NCBI RefSeq assembly: GCF_964275005.1
Contig: NC_092698.1
Coordinates: 24,353,037-24,417,036 of the forward strand
Length of the DNA: 64,000 nt
DNA from: Diadema setosum
Lineage: Eukaryota
Reading direction: 5' to 3'
Numbering within the stretch: position 1 is the stretch's first letter; every line of letters starts with the position of its first letter. Both the position numbers and the translations under genes were made by a program. Positions 27,462-38,682 of this stretch are shown here, piece after piece. The notes beneath the pieces are model-generated. The model was not told the DNA's origin, made no database searches, and saw only the letters and a program-made list of their open reading frames with translations.

Positions 27462-28466
27462 TAAAACTAGAAATGTCGCTATGGCGACTGGTATGCCTCC
27501 GCCATAATGCATGATTCTCCTAATAGGTCGAGATAGTACATGTGGACAATGTGTGATTACATTTTCACAAAATTGGCAAAATATTAAACTGACAAGTTTG
27601 TCACAAATGTGTTGAATGTTCACCTTCCTTGACCTAGGTTTAATTGGATGAATAGGAGAGCATGTATTTGGAATTTAAGGACTTTAACTTGACTTTAGCC
27701 CATTCATACGTTCATGCATTGAGTAATTTTCAAGGTATGGAGAAAATGTGAAATTTCTGTATTGAATAGTAAATTGTTACCATTTTCATCTGGCCTTTGA
27801 CCGTAAAATTCTAAGTTTTAAGATAACTCGAGCCACTTCCGAGATATGGAGGAAATAGTTAGTTCAGCACTTTGACTTGATCTTTGACCTTTTGACCTTT
27901 GAGGCAAAAAAAAAAAAGGGAAAAAAAAAACTTTCCAGAGAGTCTCTATTAGGTTATACATGCATACACCAAGTGTAAAAAAAAATAAAATAATCCTGCT
28001 GGCATGGCATAACCATGATAGAAATAGTAAAATTTTGAAGTGTTGCCCTTGATCTTTGACCCCTGACCAGTGAGTACATGTATGTTCCATGAAGATACCT
28101 CAAACAATTTCCAGGGCACGGAGAAAAAAGTGGAGTTTTAATATCTTTACTTGACCTTTTGACCTTTGACCTCATGACCCCAAACTTTCACCAGAGACTC
28201 TTAATAGGGTAATACATGTATACACTAACTTTCAAGATAATATCATCATGCATTGTTGACCTTGAGCATTTGCACCCAAAAATTGGTAGGCACAACTTCA
28301 CCCCCTAATACACATACATGCCAAGTTTCATAAGGGTACCTCAAAAGGTTTCTTAGTTACGCTGTCCACAAAATTCAAAACGGTCGGACGGAAGGACAGA
28401 CGGACGGACGGACAACCTGAAAACATAATGCCTCCGGCACAACTTTGTAGCGGAGGCATAAAAAGT
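27462..28466 (-). mobile_element. Modular TIR element 'GGAGGCAT family' (about 1.0 kb), minus-strand copy
   Basis: Its reverse complement begins tttttatgcctccgctacaaagttgtgccggaggcattatgttttc, followed by gtccgtccg repeats, and ends gcattatggcggaggcataccagtcgccatagcgacatttctagtttta. This matches the copy at 41600-42979. Internal units are rich in tgacctttgacc motifs. Confidence 0.75.
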
Positions 28467-28823
28467 TTACGGGGAGCATGAAAGACAACGGACAACAAAT
28501 GGCAATAGCTTACTGTCTTGAGCCTTTGGATCATGTGAGTTAAAAGTACCTCAATGGCAAGAATTGATAATGTAGAATAAAATTCCTTCCCATTCCTTGT
28601 GGCACATTGGACAAGCCTATTTCGTTTTCTTGGTCACACTGCCGCAAATTGCAGTGAAAGCCAAAAAGTCAAGATTGTAATTGCCTCCCCCCGCCCTAAA
28701 AAAAAAAAAAAAAAACATGTTTTGCAAGTCCGAAATGGCCATATGACATTACTAGGCAATGACCTGAAATAGATCAACACTCTTTGCACTGTTCCCCTCA
28801 ATGGCACTGTGCATGGCATATAC

Positions 28824-31800
28824 TGTCGCCTCACCACACTCTACTGTCGCCTCGTTTTGTGTGTAACGCATAGGCATTAGAAGAGCACTCAATACTAAGA
28901 TGTTGTCATTTTTAACGATCGAATCACATCAAAAGACATGAGTTTTGGCTCCAGGGGCTTTGTTTGTCACTCTACTAGAAATAATTAATGTTAAAAATTG
29001 AATTTCATTGGTAAATTGACCTATATGACCAAACCGCACTCTACTGTCGCCTCACCACACTCTACTGTCGCCTCGTTTTATGTGTATAACGCATAGGCAT
29101 TAGAAGAGCTCGTAATACTAAGATGTTGTCATTTTTAACGATCGAATCACATCAAAAGACATGAGTTTCGGCTCCAGGGGCTTTGATTGTCACTCTCTTT
29201 ACATAATTAATGTTAAAAATTCAAGTTCATCGGTAAATTCACCAATATGATCAAACCGCACTCTACTGTCGCCTCACCACACTCTACTGTCGCCTCGTTT
29301 TATGTGTATAACGCATAGGCATTAGATGAGCACTTAATACTAAGATGTTGTCATTTTTAACGATCGAATCACATCAAAAGACATGAGTTTTGGCTCCAGG
29401 GGCTTTGTTTGTCACTCTACTAGAAATAATTAATGTTAAAAATTGAATTTCATTGGTAAATTGACCAATATGACCAAACCGCACTCTACTGTCGCCTCAC
29501 CACACTCTACTGTCGCCTCGTTTTATGTGTATATAACGCATAGGCATTAGAAGAGCACTTAATACTAAGATGTTGTCATTTTTAACGATCGAATTACATC
29601 AAAAGACATGAGTTTCGGCTCCAGGGGCTTTGCTTGTCACTCTACTAAAAATAATTAATGTTAAAAATTCAAATTCATCGGTAAATTCACCAATATGATC
29701 AAACCGCACTCTACTGTCGCCTCACCACACTCTACTGTCGCCTCGTTTTATGTGTATAACGCATAGGCATTAGAAGAGCACTCAATACTAAGATGTTGTC
29801 ATTTTTAACGGTCGAATCACATCAAAAGGCATGAGTTTCGGCTCCAGGGGCTTTGCTTGTCACTCTACTAGAAATAATTAATGCTAAACATTCAAGTTCA
29901 TCGGTAAATTCACCAATATGACCAAACCGCACTCTACTGTCGCCTCACCACACTCTACTGTCTCCTCGTTTTATGTGTATAACGCATAGGCATTAGATGA
30001 GCACTTAATACTAAGATGTTGTCATTTTTAACGATCGAATCACATCAAAAGACATGAGTTTCGGCTCCAGGGGCTTTGTTTGTCACTCTACTAGAAATAA
30101 TTAATGTTAAAAATTGAATTTCATTGGTAAATTGACCAATATGACCAAACCGCACTCTACTGTCGCCTCACCACACTCTACTGTCGCCTCGTTTTATGTG
30201 TATAACGCATAGGCATTAGAAGAGCACTTAATACTAAGATGTTGTCATTTTTAACGATCGAATTACATCAAAAGACATGAGTTTCGGCTCCAGGGGCTTT
30301 GCTTGTCACTCTACTAGAAATAATTAATGTTAAAAATTGAATTTCATTGGTAAATTCACCAATATGACCAAACCGCACTCTACTGTCGCCTCACCACACT
30401 CTACTGTCGCCTCGTTTTATGTGTATAACGCATAGGCATTAGAAGAGCACTCAATACTAAGATGTTGTCATTTTTAACGGTCGAATCACATCAAAAGACA
30501 TGAGTTTCGGCTCCAGGTGCTTTGCTTGTCACTCTACTAGAAATAATTAATGTTAAAAATTGAATTTCATTGGTAAATTGACCAATATGACCAAACCGCA
30601 CTCTACTGTCGCCTCACCACACTCTACTGTCGCCTCGTTTTATGTGTATAACGCATAGGCATTAGATGAGCACTTAATACTAAGATGTTGTCATTTTTAA
30701 CGATCGAATCACATCAAAAGACATGAGTTTCGGCTCCAGGGGCTTTGTTTGTCACTCTCTTTACATAATTAATGTTAAAAATTCAAGTTCATCGGTTATT
30801 CACCAATAATGATCAAACCGCACTCTACTGTCGCCTCACCACACTCTACTGTCTCCTCGTTTTATGTGTATAACGCATAGGCATTAGATGAGCACTTAAT
30901 ACTAAGATGTTGTCATTTTTAACGATCGAATCACATCAAAAGACATGAGTTTCGGCTCCAGGGGCTTTGTTTGTCACTCTACTAGAAATAATTAATGTTA
31001 AAAATTGAATTTCATTGGTAAATTGACCAATATGACCAAACCGCACTCTACTGTCGCCTCACCACACTCTACTGTCGCCTCGTTTTATGTGTATAACGCA
31101 TAGGCATTAGAAGAGCACTTAATACTAAGATGTTGTCATTTTTAACGATCGAATTACATCAAAAGACATGAGTTTCGGCTCCAGGGGCTTTGCTTGTCAC
31201 TCTACTAAAAATAATTAATGTTAAAAATTCAAATTCATCGGTAAATTCACCAATATGATCAAACCGCACTCTACTGTCGCCTCACCACACTCTACTATCG
31301 CCTCGTTTTATGTGTATAACGCATAGGCATTAGAAGAGCACTCAATACTAAGATGTTGTCATTTTTAACGGTCGAATCACATCAAAAGGCATGAGTTTCG
31401 GTTCCAGGGGCTTTGCTTGTCACTCTACTAGAAATAATTAATGTTAAAAATTGAATTTCATTGGTAAATTCACCAATATGACCAAACCGCACTCTACTGT
31501 CGCCTCACCACACTCTACTGTCGCCTCGTTTTATGTGTATAACGCATAGGCATTAGAAGAGCACGTAATACTAAGATGTTGTCATTTTTAACGATCGAAT
31601 CACATCAAAAGACATGAGTTTCGGCTCCAGGTGCTTTGCTTGTCACTCTACTAAAAATAATTAATGTTAAAAATTCAAGTTCATCGGTAAATTCACCAAT
31701 ATGATCAAACCGCACTCTACTGTCGCCTCACCACACTCTACTGTCGCCTCGTTTTATGGGTATAACGCATAGGCATTAGAAGAGCACTCAATACTAAGAT

Positions 31801-34050
31801 GTTGTCATTTTTAACGGTCGAATCACATCAAAAGGCATGAGTTTCGGCTCCAGGGGCTTTGCTTGTCACTCTACTAGAAATAATTAATGCTAAACATTCA
31901 AGTTCATCGGTAAATTCACCAATATGACCAAACCGCACTCTACTGTCGCCTCACCACACTCTACTGTCTCCTCGTTTTATGTGTATAACGCATAGGCATT
32001 AGATGAGCACTTAATACTAAGATGTTGTCATTTTTAACTATCGAATCACATCAAAAGACATGAGTTTCGGCTCCAGGGGCTTTGTTTGTCACTCTACTAG
32101 AAATAATTAATGTTAAAAATTGAATTTCATTGGTAAATTGACCAATATGACCAAACCGCACTCTACTGTCGCCTCACCACACTCTACTGTCGCCTCGTTT
32201 TATGTGTATAACGCATAGGCATTAGAAGAGCACTTAATACTAAGATGTTGTCATTTTTAACGATCGAATTACATCAAAAGACATGAGTTTCGGCTCCAGG
32301 GGCTTTGCTTGTCACTCTACTAAAAATAATTAATGTTAAAAATTCAAGTTCATCGGTAAATTCACCAATATGATCAAACCGCACTCTACTGTCGCCTCAC
32401 CACACTCTACTGTCGCCTCGTTTTATGTGTATAACGCATAGGCATTAGAAGAGCACTCAATACTAAGATGTTGTCATTTTTAACGGTCGAATCACATCAA
32501 AAGGCATGAGTTTCGGCTCCAGGGGCTTTGCTTGTCACTCTACTAGAAATAATTAATGTTAAAAATTGAATTTCATTGGTAAATTCACCAATATGATCAA
32601 ACCGCACTCTACTGTCGCCTCACCACACTCTACTGTCGCCTCGTTTTATGGGTATAACGCATAGGCATTAGAAGAGCACTCAATACTAAGATGTTGTCAT
32701 TTTTAACGGTCGAATCACATCAAAAGGCATGAGTTTCGGCTCCAGGGGCTTTGCTTGTCACTCTACTAGAAATAATTAATGCTAAACATTCAAGTTCATC
32801 GGTAAATTCACCAATATGACCAAACCGCACTCTACTGTCGCCTCACCACACTCTACTGTCTCCTCGTTTTATGTGTATAACGCATAGGCATTAGATGAGC
32901 ACTTAATACTAAGATGTTGTCATTTTTAACTATCGAATCACATCAAAAGACATGAGTTTCGGCTCCAGGGGCTTTGTTTGTCACTCTACTAGAAATAATT
33001 AATGTTAAAAATTGAATTTCATTGGTAAATTGACCAATATGACCAAACCGCACTCTACTGTCGCCTCACCACACTCTACTGTCGCCTCGTTTTATGTGTA
33101 TAACGCATAGGCATTAGAAGAGCACTTAATACTAAGATGTTGTCATTTTTAACGATCGAATTACATCAAAAGACATGAGTTTCGGCTCCAGGGGCTTTGC
33201 TTGTCACTCTACTAAAAATAATTAATGTTAAAAATTCAAGTTCATCGGTAAATTCACCAATATGATCAAACCGCACTCTACTGTCGCCTCACCACACTCT
33301 ACTGTCGCCTCGTTTTATGTGTATAACGCATAGGCATTAGAAGAGCACTCAATACTAAGATGTTGTCATTTTTAACGGTCGAATCACATCAAAAGGCATG
33401 AGTTTCGGCTCCAGGGGCTTTGCTTGTCACTCTACTAGAAATAATTAATGTTAAAAATTGAATTTCATTGGTAAATTCACCAATATGACCAAACCGCACT
33501 CTACTGTCGCCTCACCACACTCTACTGTCGCCTCGTTTTGTGTGTAACGCATAGTCATTAGAAGAGCACTCAATACTAAGATGTTGTCATTTTTAACAAT
33601 CGAATCACATCAAAAGACATGAATTTTGGCTCCAGGGGCTTTGTTTGTCACTCTACTAAAAATAATTAATGCTAAACATTCAAGTTCATCGGTAAATTCA
33701 CCAATATGACCAAACCGCACTCTACTGTCGCCTCACCACACTCTACTGTCGCCTCGTTTTATGTGTATAACGCATAGGCATTAGAAGAGCACTTAATACT
33801 AAGATGTTGTCATTTTTAACGATCGAATCACATCAAAAGACATGAGTTTCGGTTCCAGGGGCTTTGCTTGTCACTCTACTAAAAATAATTAATGTTAAAA
33901 ATTGAATTTCATCGGTGAATTCACCAATATGACCAAACCGCACTCTACTGTCGCCTCACCACACTCTACTGTCGCCTCGTTTTACGTAATATTCGCATAG
34001 GCATTAGAAGTGCACTTTTTGTCATTTTTAACGGTTGATTGACATGAACT
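28824..34050 (-). repeat. Right-arm satellite array, the same ~222-bp monomer in reverse orientation, about 23 copies
   Basis: The reverse complement of the left-arm monomer (ctgtcgcctcaccacactctactgtcgcctcgttttatgtgtataacgcataggcattag...) is repeated at a period of about 222 bp. The copy number is lower than in the left arm, and the inner breakpoint falls at a different monomer phase. Confidence 0.95.
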
Positions 34051-34327
34051 TCGAATCAATTAGAACTTCCAAGAATGACTGATTACATTGAGTGTACTCT
34101 TCTGTGTTTTCTGATCTAGCCCATTTTACCCACCCCCCCCCCAAAAAAAGGAATAACAACTAACGTTAGGCCCTAACGTTACTAAAAGTATTTATTTGAA
34201 GAAATCTTGACACCCCTTACCACAATGACGATCAAACTCATCGTCAAACCATGTTTGTACAGAGTCTGTGGGATGTCAACAAGGGTGAGTCGTCGATGGA
34301 CATTTCTCGAGTGAGTGACAGACAGAC

Positions 34328-34390
<63 letters not shown>

Positions 34391-34590
34391 TGCAACTGTG
34401 AAAGCGATATGTGTTTACATGACGTTCACTCGGTGGTGTACGTTTACAACGCAGGGGAAAGGGAATCTCCCACCTCATACATATTCAATAAGGCTTCGGC
34501 AGTCTCCGCGCCAGCTCATGAATAATTAATATCTGTGACCTTTGGTGAAACTACTTCCCGCAGAGCATTCTCGCCTCTTAAGTGCCTACC

Positions 34591-34599
34591 GTAGTAAAC
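34591..34599. repeat. Right 9-bp target-site duplication GTAGTAAAC
   Basis: Identical to 12468-12476. Flanking sequence beyond it does not continue the inverted repeat. Confidence 0.8.
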
Positions 34600-34662
34600 A
34601 CCGAGTAGGCCTACAGTTGAGTAGGCCCTAATTTAACTTAGACACAGTGACGGACAGTTCTA

Positions 34663-35777
34663 CAGTACTGGTTGAGGTGGGCATTCTGTTTTGAACATTC
34701 CAAAGTGAGATAATGAGAAACCTCTTATGAAATATGAAAGAGCATGTAATTTTAAGAAGGATTCAAGGTTTATTTGATGAAAATTGGTTTTCAAATTGCT
34801 GGGATATCCAAAAAAGTGATAATAGACCTTATGCATTGACGTCATCACTCACTTGACAACCTCTCGCGACGCCATCTTAGAGGGCAAGCGAAGTCCTTGA
34901 CATCGCAGAGGCGTGCAGCTAGTTATGTGCTTTTCCTATGCGCGCTAGCGGCGATCGCCTCACTCGCCGCCAGTCCCCAGGCTAGTGGCAGGTTTTTTTT
35001 TACCATCAAACAAGTTTGACATGACATGACACATTATGCAGCAATATTTGGGTAATTTTCTCACATTGTGCAATCGAAATACTCACAGTAACTACAGAAT
35101 TCCTAGGTTATATCGCAGAAATTTGTATCCATAGCGCAACATCGCCGTTCGCTGAATGTATGTCGCCATTTTGAATTTCATCAGCCAATCACATGCGAGG
35201 TACGTGTTTTAGTAAAAAACACGTAGAAATCTACCTCACATGTGATTGGCTAACGGATTCGTAGGTTGATGAGCTGTTACGACCGCTGGTAGTTGCATCT
35301 TTTTTCATGAAAATTGTGCCAAAATGTTGGATATATCATTAACCTGGTGAGTGCAATGCATACATCAAATGTTGATTTTGCTATACAAGCTTGAATTTCC
35401 CGATCTAGGGCTGTAGATTACATGCAATAGAAAAGACAGTAAAAGAAACACCGATGTTGTGTGTAAATGCCCATTGCCTCGCGTGTAAAAGCATGCTCTA
35501 GCAACGCATCGCTTGCCCTCTGAGGGAGGGCGCCCTTCAGTTAGTAAGACCGTGTGACATCATATGCATTTAAGGTCTATAATAAAAGGCGACAGGCCAC
35601 GCCTTTTAATATTAGGATCTCTTTGTTTCACCTTGTTTTTGGATATCTTGGCCATTTCAAAACCGATTTTCATCAAATAAACTTTTTGATACCCCTTAGA
35701 ATTGCATGCTCTTTAACATCTCATAGAGTGGTTTCTGAATATTAAGCTAAATCCTCACCTCGACCAGAACTTAACTG
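34663..35777 (+). mobile_element. MITE family A copy interrupted by a nested insertion
   Basis: 5' half 34663-34824 and 3' half 35578-35777 are collinear with the intact copy at 59805-60178. The break falls at gtgataata|ataaaaggcgacagg. Confidence 0.8.
34825..35577. mobile_element. Nested 753-bp TIR element with apparent TA duplication, carrying an inverted CCAAT-box palindrome and GCCATCTT (YY1-like) motifs
   Basis: Termini gaccttatgcattgacgtcatcac / gtgacatcatatgcatttaaggtc are inverted. Subterminal ccatcttagagggcaagcgaag / gcatcgcttgccctctgag are inverted. There is an internal perfect palindrome cagccaatcacatgcgaggta...tacctcacatgtgattggcta at 35182-35250, and a GC-rich segment gcgcgctagcggcgatcgcc. 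Confidence 0.6.
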
Positions 35778-36542
35778 TACATGTGTACATGTACACACAC
35801 TTTAACACTTGTACTAGAGATCTACTCTAGCTTCTTGCACAGTGTCACAGTCTCTTTGAGTTCATTAGTTCCTGGCCCTGCTACCCAATGAATTGATTTA
35901 ACCCCGTTGCGGGGCGCCATAACCAGTAACTTGGGGGCGCTGTTTTGGTTACCAATAAATATGTATATAGATCTATAATTTCCAGGAGTATGAAAATGAC
36001 TGGGATAACTAATCCAAAAAGTAAATTGTTCAAGTTTAGGCATTGATGAAAACAAATCAACATCAAGTATGGTTGATTCAACCAGTCGGGTCAACCTTCT
36101 CTCCCAATGCTATGTTGTACATTGTAGTACAGGGTCATAAAAAACATACATCAAAAAAAGAAAAAATGATTTCATTTGAAAACAATATATGACTATGAGA
36201 AAAGCAACATGAGTTGCAGTTAATAGAGCTAAAAAAAAGTCTGTGCTTTCAGTGTTGTAGGTGTACATAATGTACGTACATCCCCCAACAGGTAGCCCGA
36301 CCAGACGCTGTGTGCCAGCACAGTGACAAGGCTGTGTATAGTTACCTAACAAGATGAAATCTCAAATTCGCTTACAGACTGTTGATTTTAATACTCCCTA
36401 GGGCTTGTGAAAATATGACATGTGGGGATATTTCTCCAGTGAACATGAGCCAGAACCACTGGTCAGTTAGTTACGTATGAACTATTGTTTGTGTCAGTAG
36501 GGCAGCAGCACTGCCCTTACAGCTGTTGCGATCCAAGACCAC

Positions 36543-36735
36543 ATGATGAGGAACCTGTCACTTGTCGATCCATTCAAGAAGGCCAAACACAAACCACCAC
36601 CAGCCAAGAAGCCGCCAAGGAACATCAAGCCCGTTGTTGACACTAGACGCAATGCCAATCTCTCCAAGGGTTCGAAAAAATCAGAGACAGAAAAGGAATA
36701 TGTACTTGACCCAAAGCCCAAGCCACTCTCACTCG
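36543..36735 (+). CDS. RNF32: RNF32-like exon 1 (start codon; basic, Lys/Pro-rich N-terminus)
   Basis: ATG at 36543; MMRNLSLVDPFKKAKHKPPPAKKPPRNIKPVVDTRRNANLSKGSKKSETEKEYVLDPKPKPLSL; donor G|GTAAGT, phase 1. Confidence 0.7.
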
Positions 36736-38082
36736 GTAAGTATCTGACTTAGTAGAAAAATAATTTGTGATGCAATTTGGAAGTACCCAGTACCTGGTAG
36801 GCGCTGATTCAATGTACTGAAGTAATGAGATGAGATGAGTACAGGAAGTGTTAAACACACTGTAGTTGTCATGCTTTGTTAAGATTTTCCACAAATTACA
36901 CATGTAGATGATTTTTACACCAAAATGCATGATTTTGAAGTATCAAATCTCCACAGATGTGCAAAACAGCAAGTAATACATATCTGTGAGATCTGTGATG
37001 TCAGTTATTACAATGTAATTGATATATATCATCTTCATGTATTACAATTTTGATGCAAAATTGGATTGGGCAGTGTACCACTAATTAAACAAGAGATCCA
37101 GGATTTTATATTCTCGAACAAAATGTTTCACCTGATTTGTCTCACATGACCCAGGTATACAATGAACATGTATCCACACGTGCCTCCACACATGGTGTGC
37201 ATAGTATGTATGTTTGTATAGTATGTGTGTGTATGTATTTGTGTATGTACCTGGCAATGTTGAGGTACACGATTGTAATGTTACTGACAGTACCCAGTAG
37301 AATGAAACTCATATAGGAAGAGAGCCCCAAGGTAAAATAAGACAATGATATTACTGTTATTTTGTTATGATTGTATGTACGGCCATTATGAGTTTGACAT
37401 AATGTGGATATGAGTTACAAATGTATACCTTCTTTTCTGGAGGATATTGAAAAAAATATGGCTGAGGTACCAACATGCCAACTCTAGTCACAGAATCTCT
37501 GGAGAACAAAAAATTGAGTAAAGTTACTGAAGAAACCGTGATATTATGATCTTGACAGTCAGTTTCAAGTGCCCATACATTGTATGTGACCCGCTACAAC
37601 AAAAGGATCCTAAAGTCGCTGACGGGCGAGCCAAGCATGGCCCAGATAAATGCTATTTTCAGGCCTTTCCTTTGATCATTTAGCTTCGAAATTTCGGCAG
37701 ATGATAGAAGATACATTAGACTACAAAATTATGTTAAAAACAGAAATCCAAACGTTTTGACAGATTTTGGTGATCTGACTTCAAACTCGATTTTCTTGGC
37801 TCACCCGTCAGCGACTTTAGGATCTTTTTGTTGTAGTGGGTCACATATGATATCATTTATCATATTTTACTGAAAGTGAAATAATTGCAACTTTCTGATT
37901 ATCTCTTATGCTCATTCAACTTTGTAGTTTTGCTCTCTTTTTTTGACTGGTTTGTAAAAAAAAAAAAAACTCTTTATAGGGATGTGCTGCTCCCCACCTA
38001 TACAGAAGACCTTAATTCTCAGAATTTTACGTGTCCTTCCATCAATTTTCCTTCCATCTATTCTTCATTTCCTCTTCTTTAG

Positions 38083-38225
38083 CTCAAAAAATGGGCCTGG
38101 TTGAAGCCCCAGAGCAGCCCCTCTCCGAGAATGAGTGGGCCCGGGTCAAGGACAGGTCTAACAAGAGGGATGACTCGGTGCAGCCGTGCGTCATCTGCAA
38201 GGAGGACTTTGGAACTGAACAGCAA
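38083..38225 (+). CDS. RNF32: RNF32-like exon 2 (start of first RING-H2: CxxC)
   Basis: Acceptor tcttctttag|; reading frame joins exon 1: (g)ct caa aaa atg gives AQKMGLVEAPEQPLSENEWARVKDRSNKRDDSVQPCVICKEDFGTEQQ; donor CAA|GTGAGT. Confidence 0.85.
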
Positions 38226-38649
38226 GTGAGTGTCTCAGTTTGACAGCAAGGGCTAAGAAAGCAATTGACAGTTACTCATGTTAAAAAAGCAACAACCATA
38301 AATTAACAACAGACAAACAAATAGAAAGCAAAACATATATTAATCTTTAGAGACTGCATGTAAACATATGTCTCTGTGGCTGAATTAACACATTTTCTTT
38401 ATGCTTATCATTCTCTCTCTTTTTTTTCTTATTATTTTCATTAATGTTACTATCATTATTATGCTTATTATTTTGTGATCATTATAATGATAGTATTGCA
38501 TCATTGTTATTGTTATCTCTATAATCATTGATGTTGTCATTCATAGAACAGTTTTGAATGCCATATACCCTTTTCTAATCATAAAAGTTAGCACCATCAA
38601 TTATAAAGTGGATTATGCAGCCACAATTTTCTTTTTATTGCATCTTCAG

Positions 38650-38682
38650 GTCCTGCTGTCCTGTTCGCACGTCTTCCATCGG
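38650..38682 (+). CDS. RNF32: RNF32-like exon 3 (33-nt micro-exon: C-x-H-x2-H of RING-H2)
   Basis: Acceptor catcttcag|; VLLSCSHVFHR; donor CGG|GTGAGT. Confidence 0.8.

Larger units (their letters stand above)
12477..34590. mobile_element. Giant foldback (FB/TU-like) element, about 22.1 kb, built of outer domain + satellite-array arms + 9-kb core
   Basis: The left outer domain 12477-~13000 is the reverse complement of 34050-34590 at very high identity. It includes a (GT)n/(CA)n microsatellite and a G/C14 homopolymer in mirrored positions. The left arm's ~222-bp satellite array is in opposite orientation to the right arm's. The termini are perfectly inverted and flanked by a 9-bp direct repeat. 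Confidence 0.8.

Noticed and set aside
13000-34050. Regularly spaced direct repeats that could superficially suggest a CRISPR array
   Set aside because: The repeat unit is ~222 bp with no unique spacers. The context is eukaryotic (spliced genes, microsatellites), so this is satellite DNA in transposon arms.
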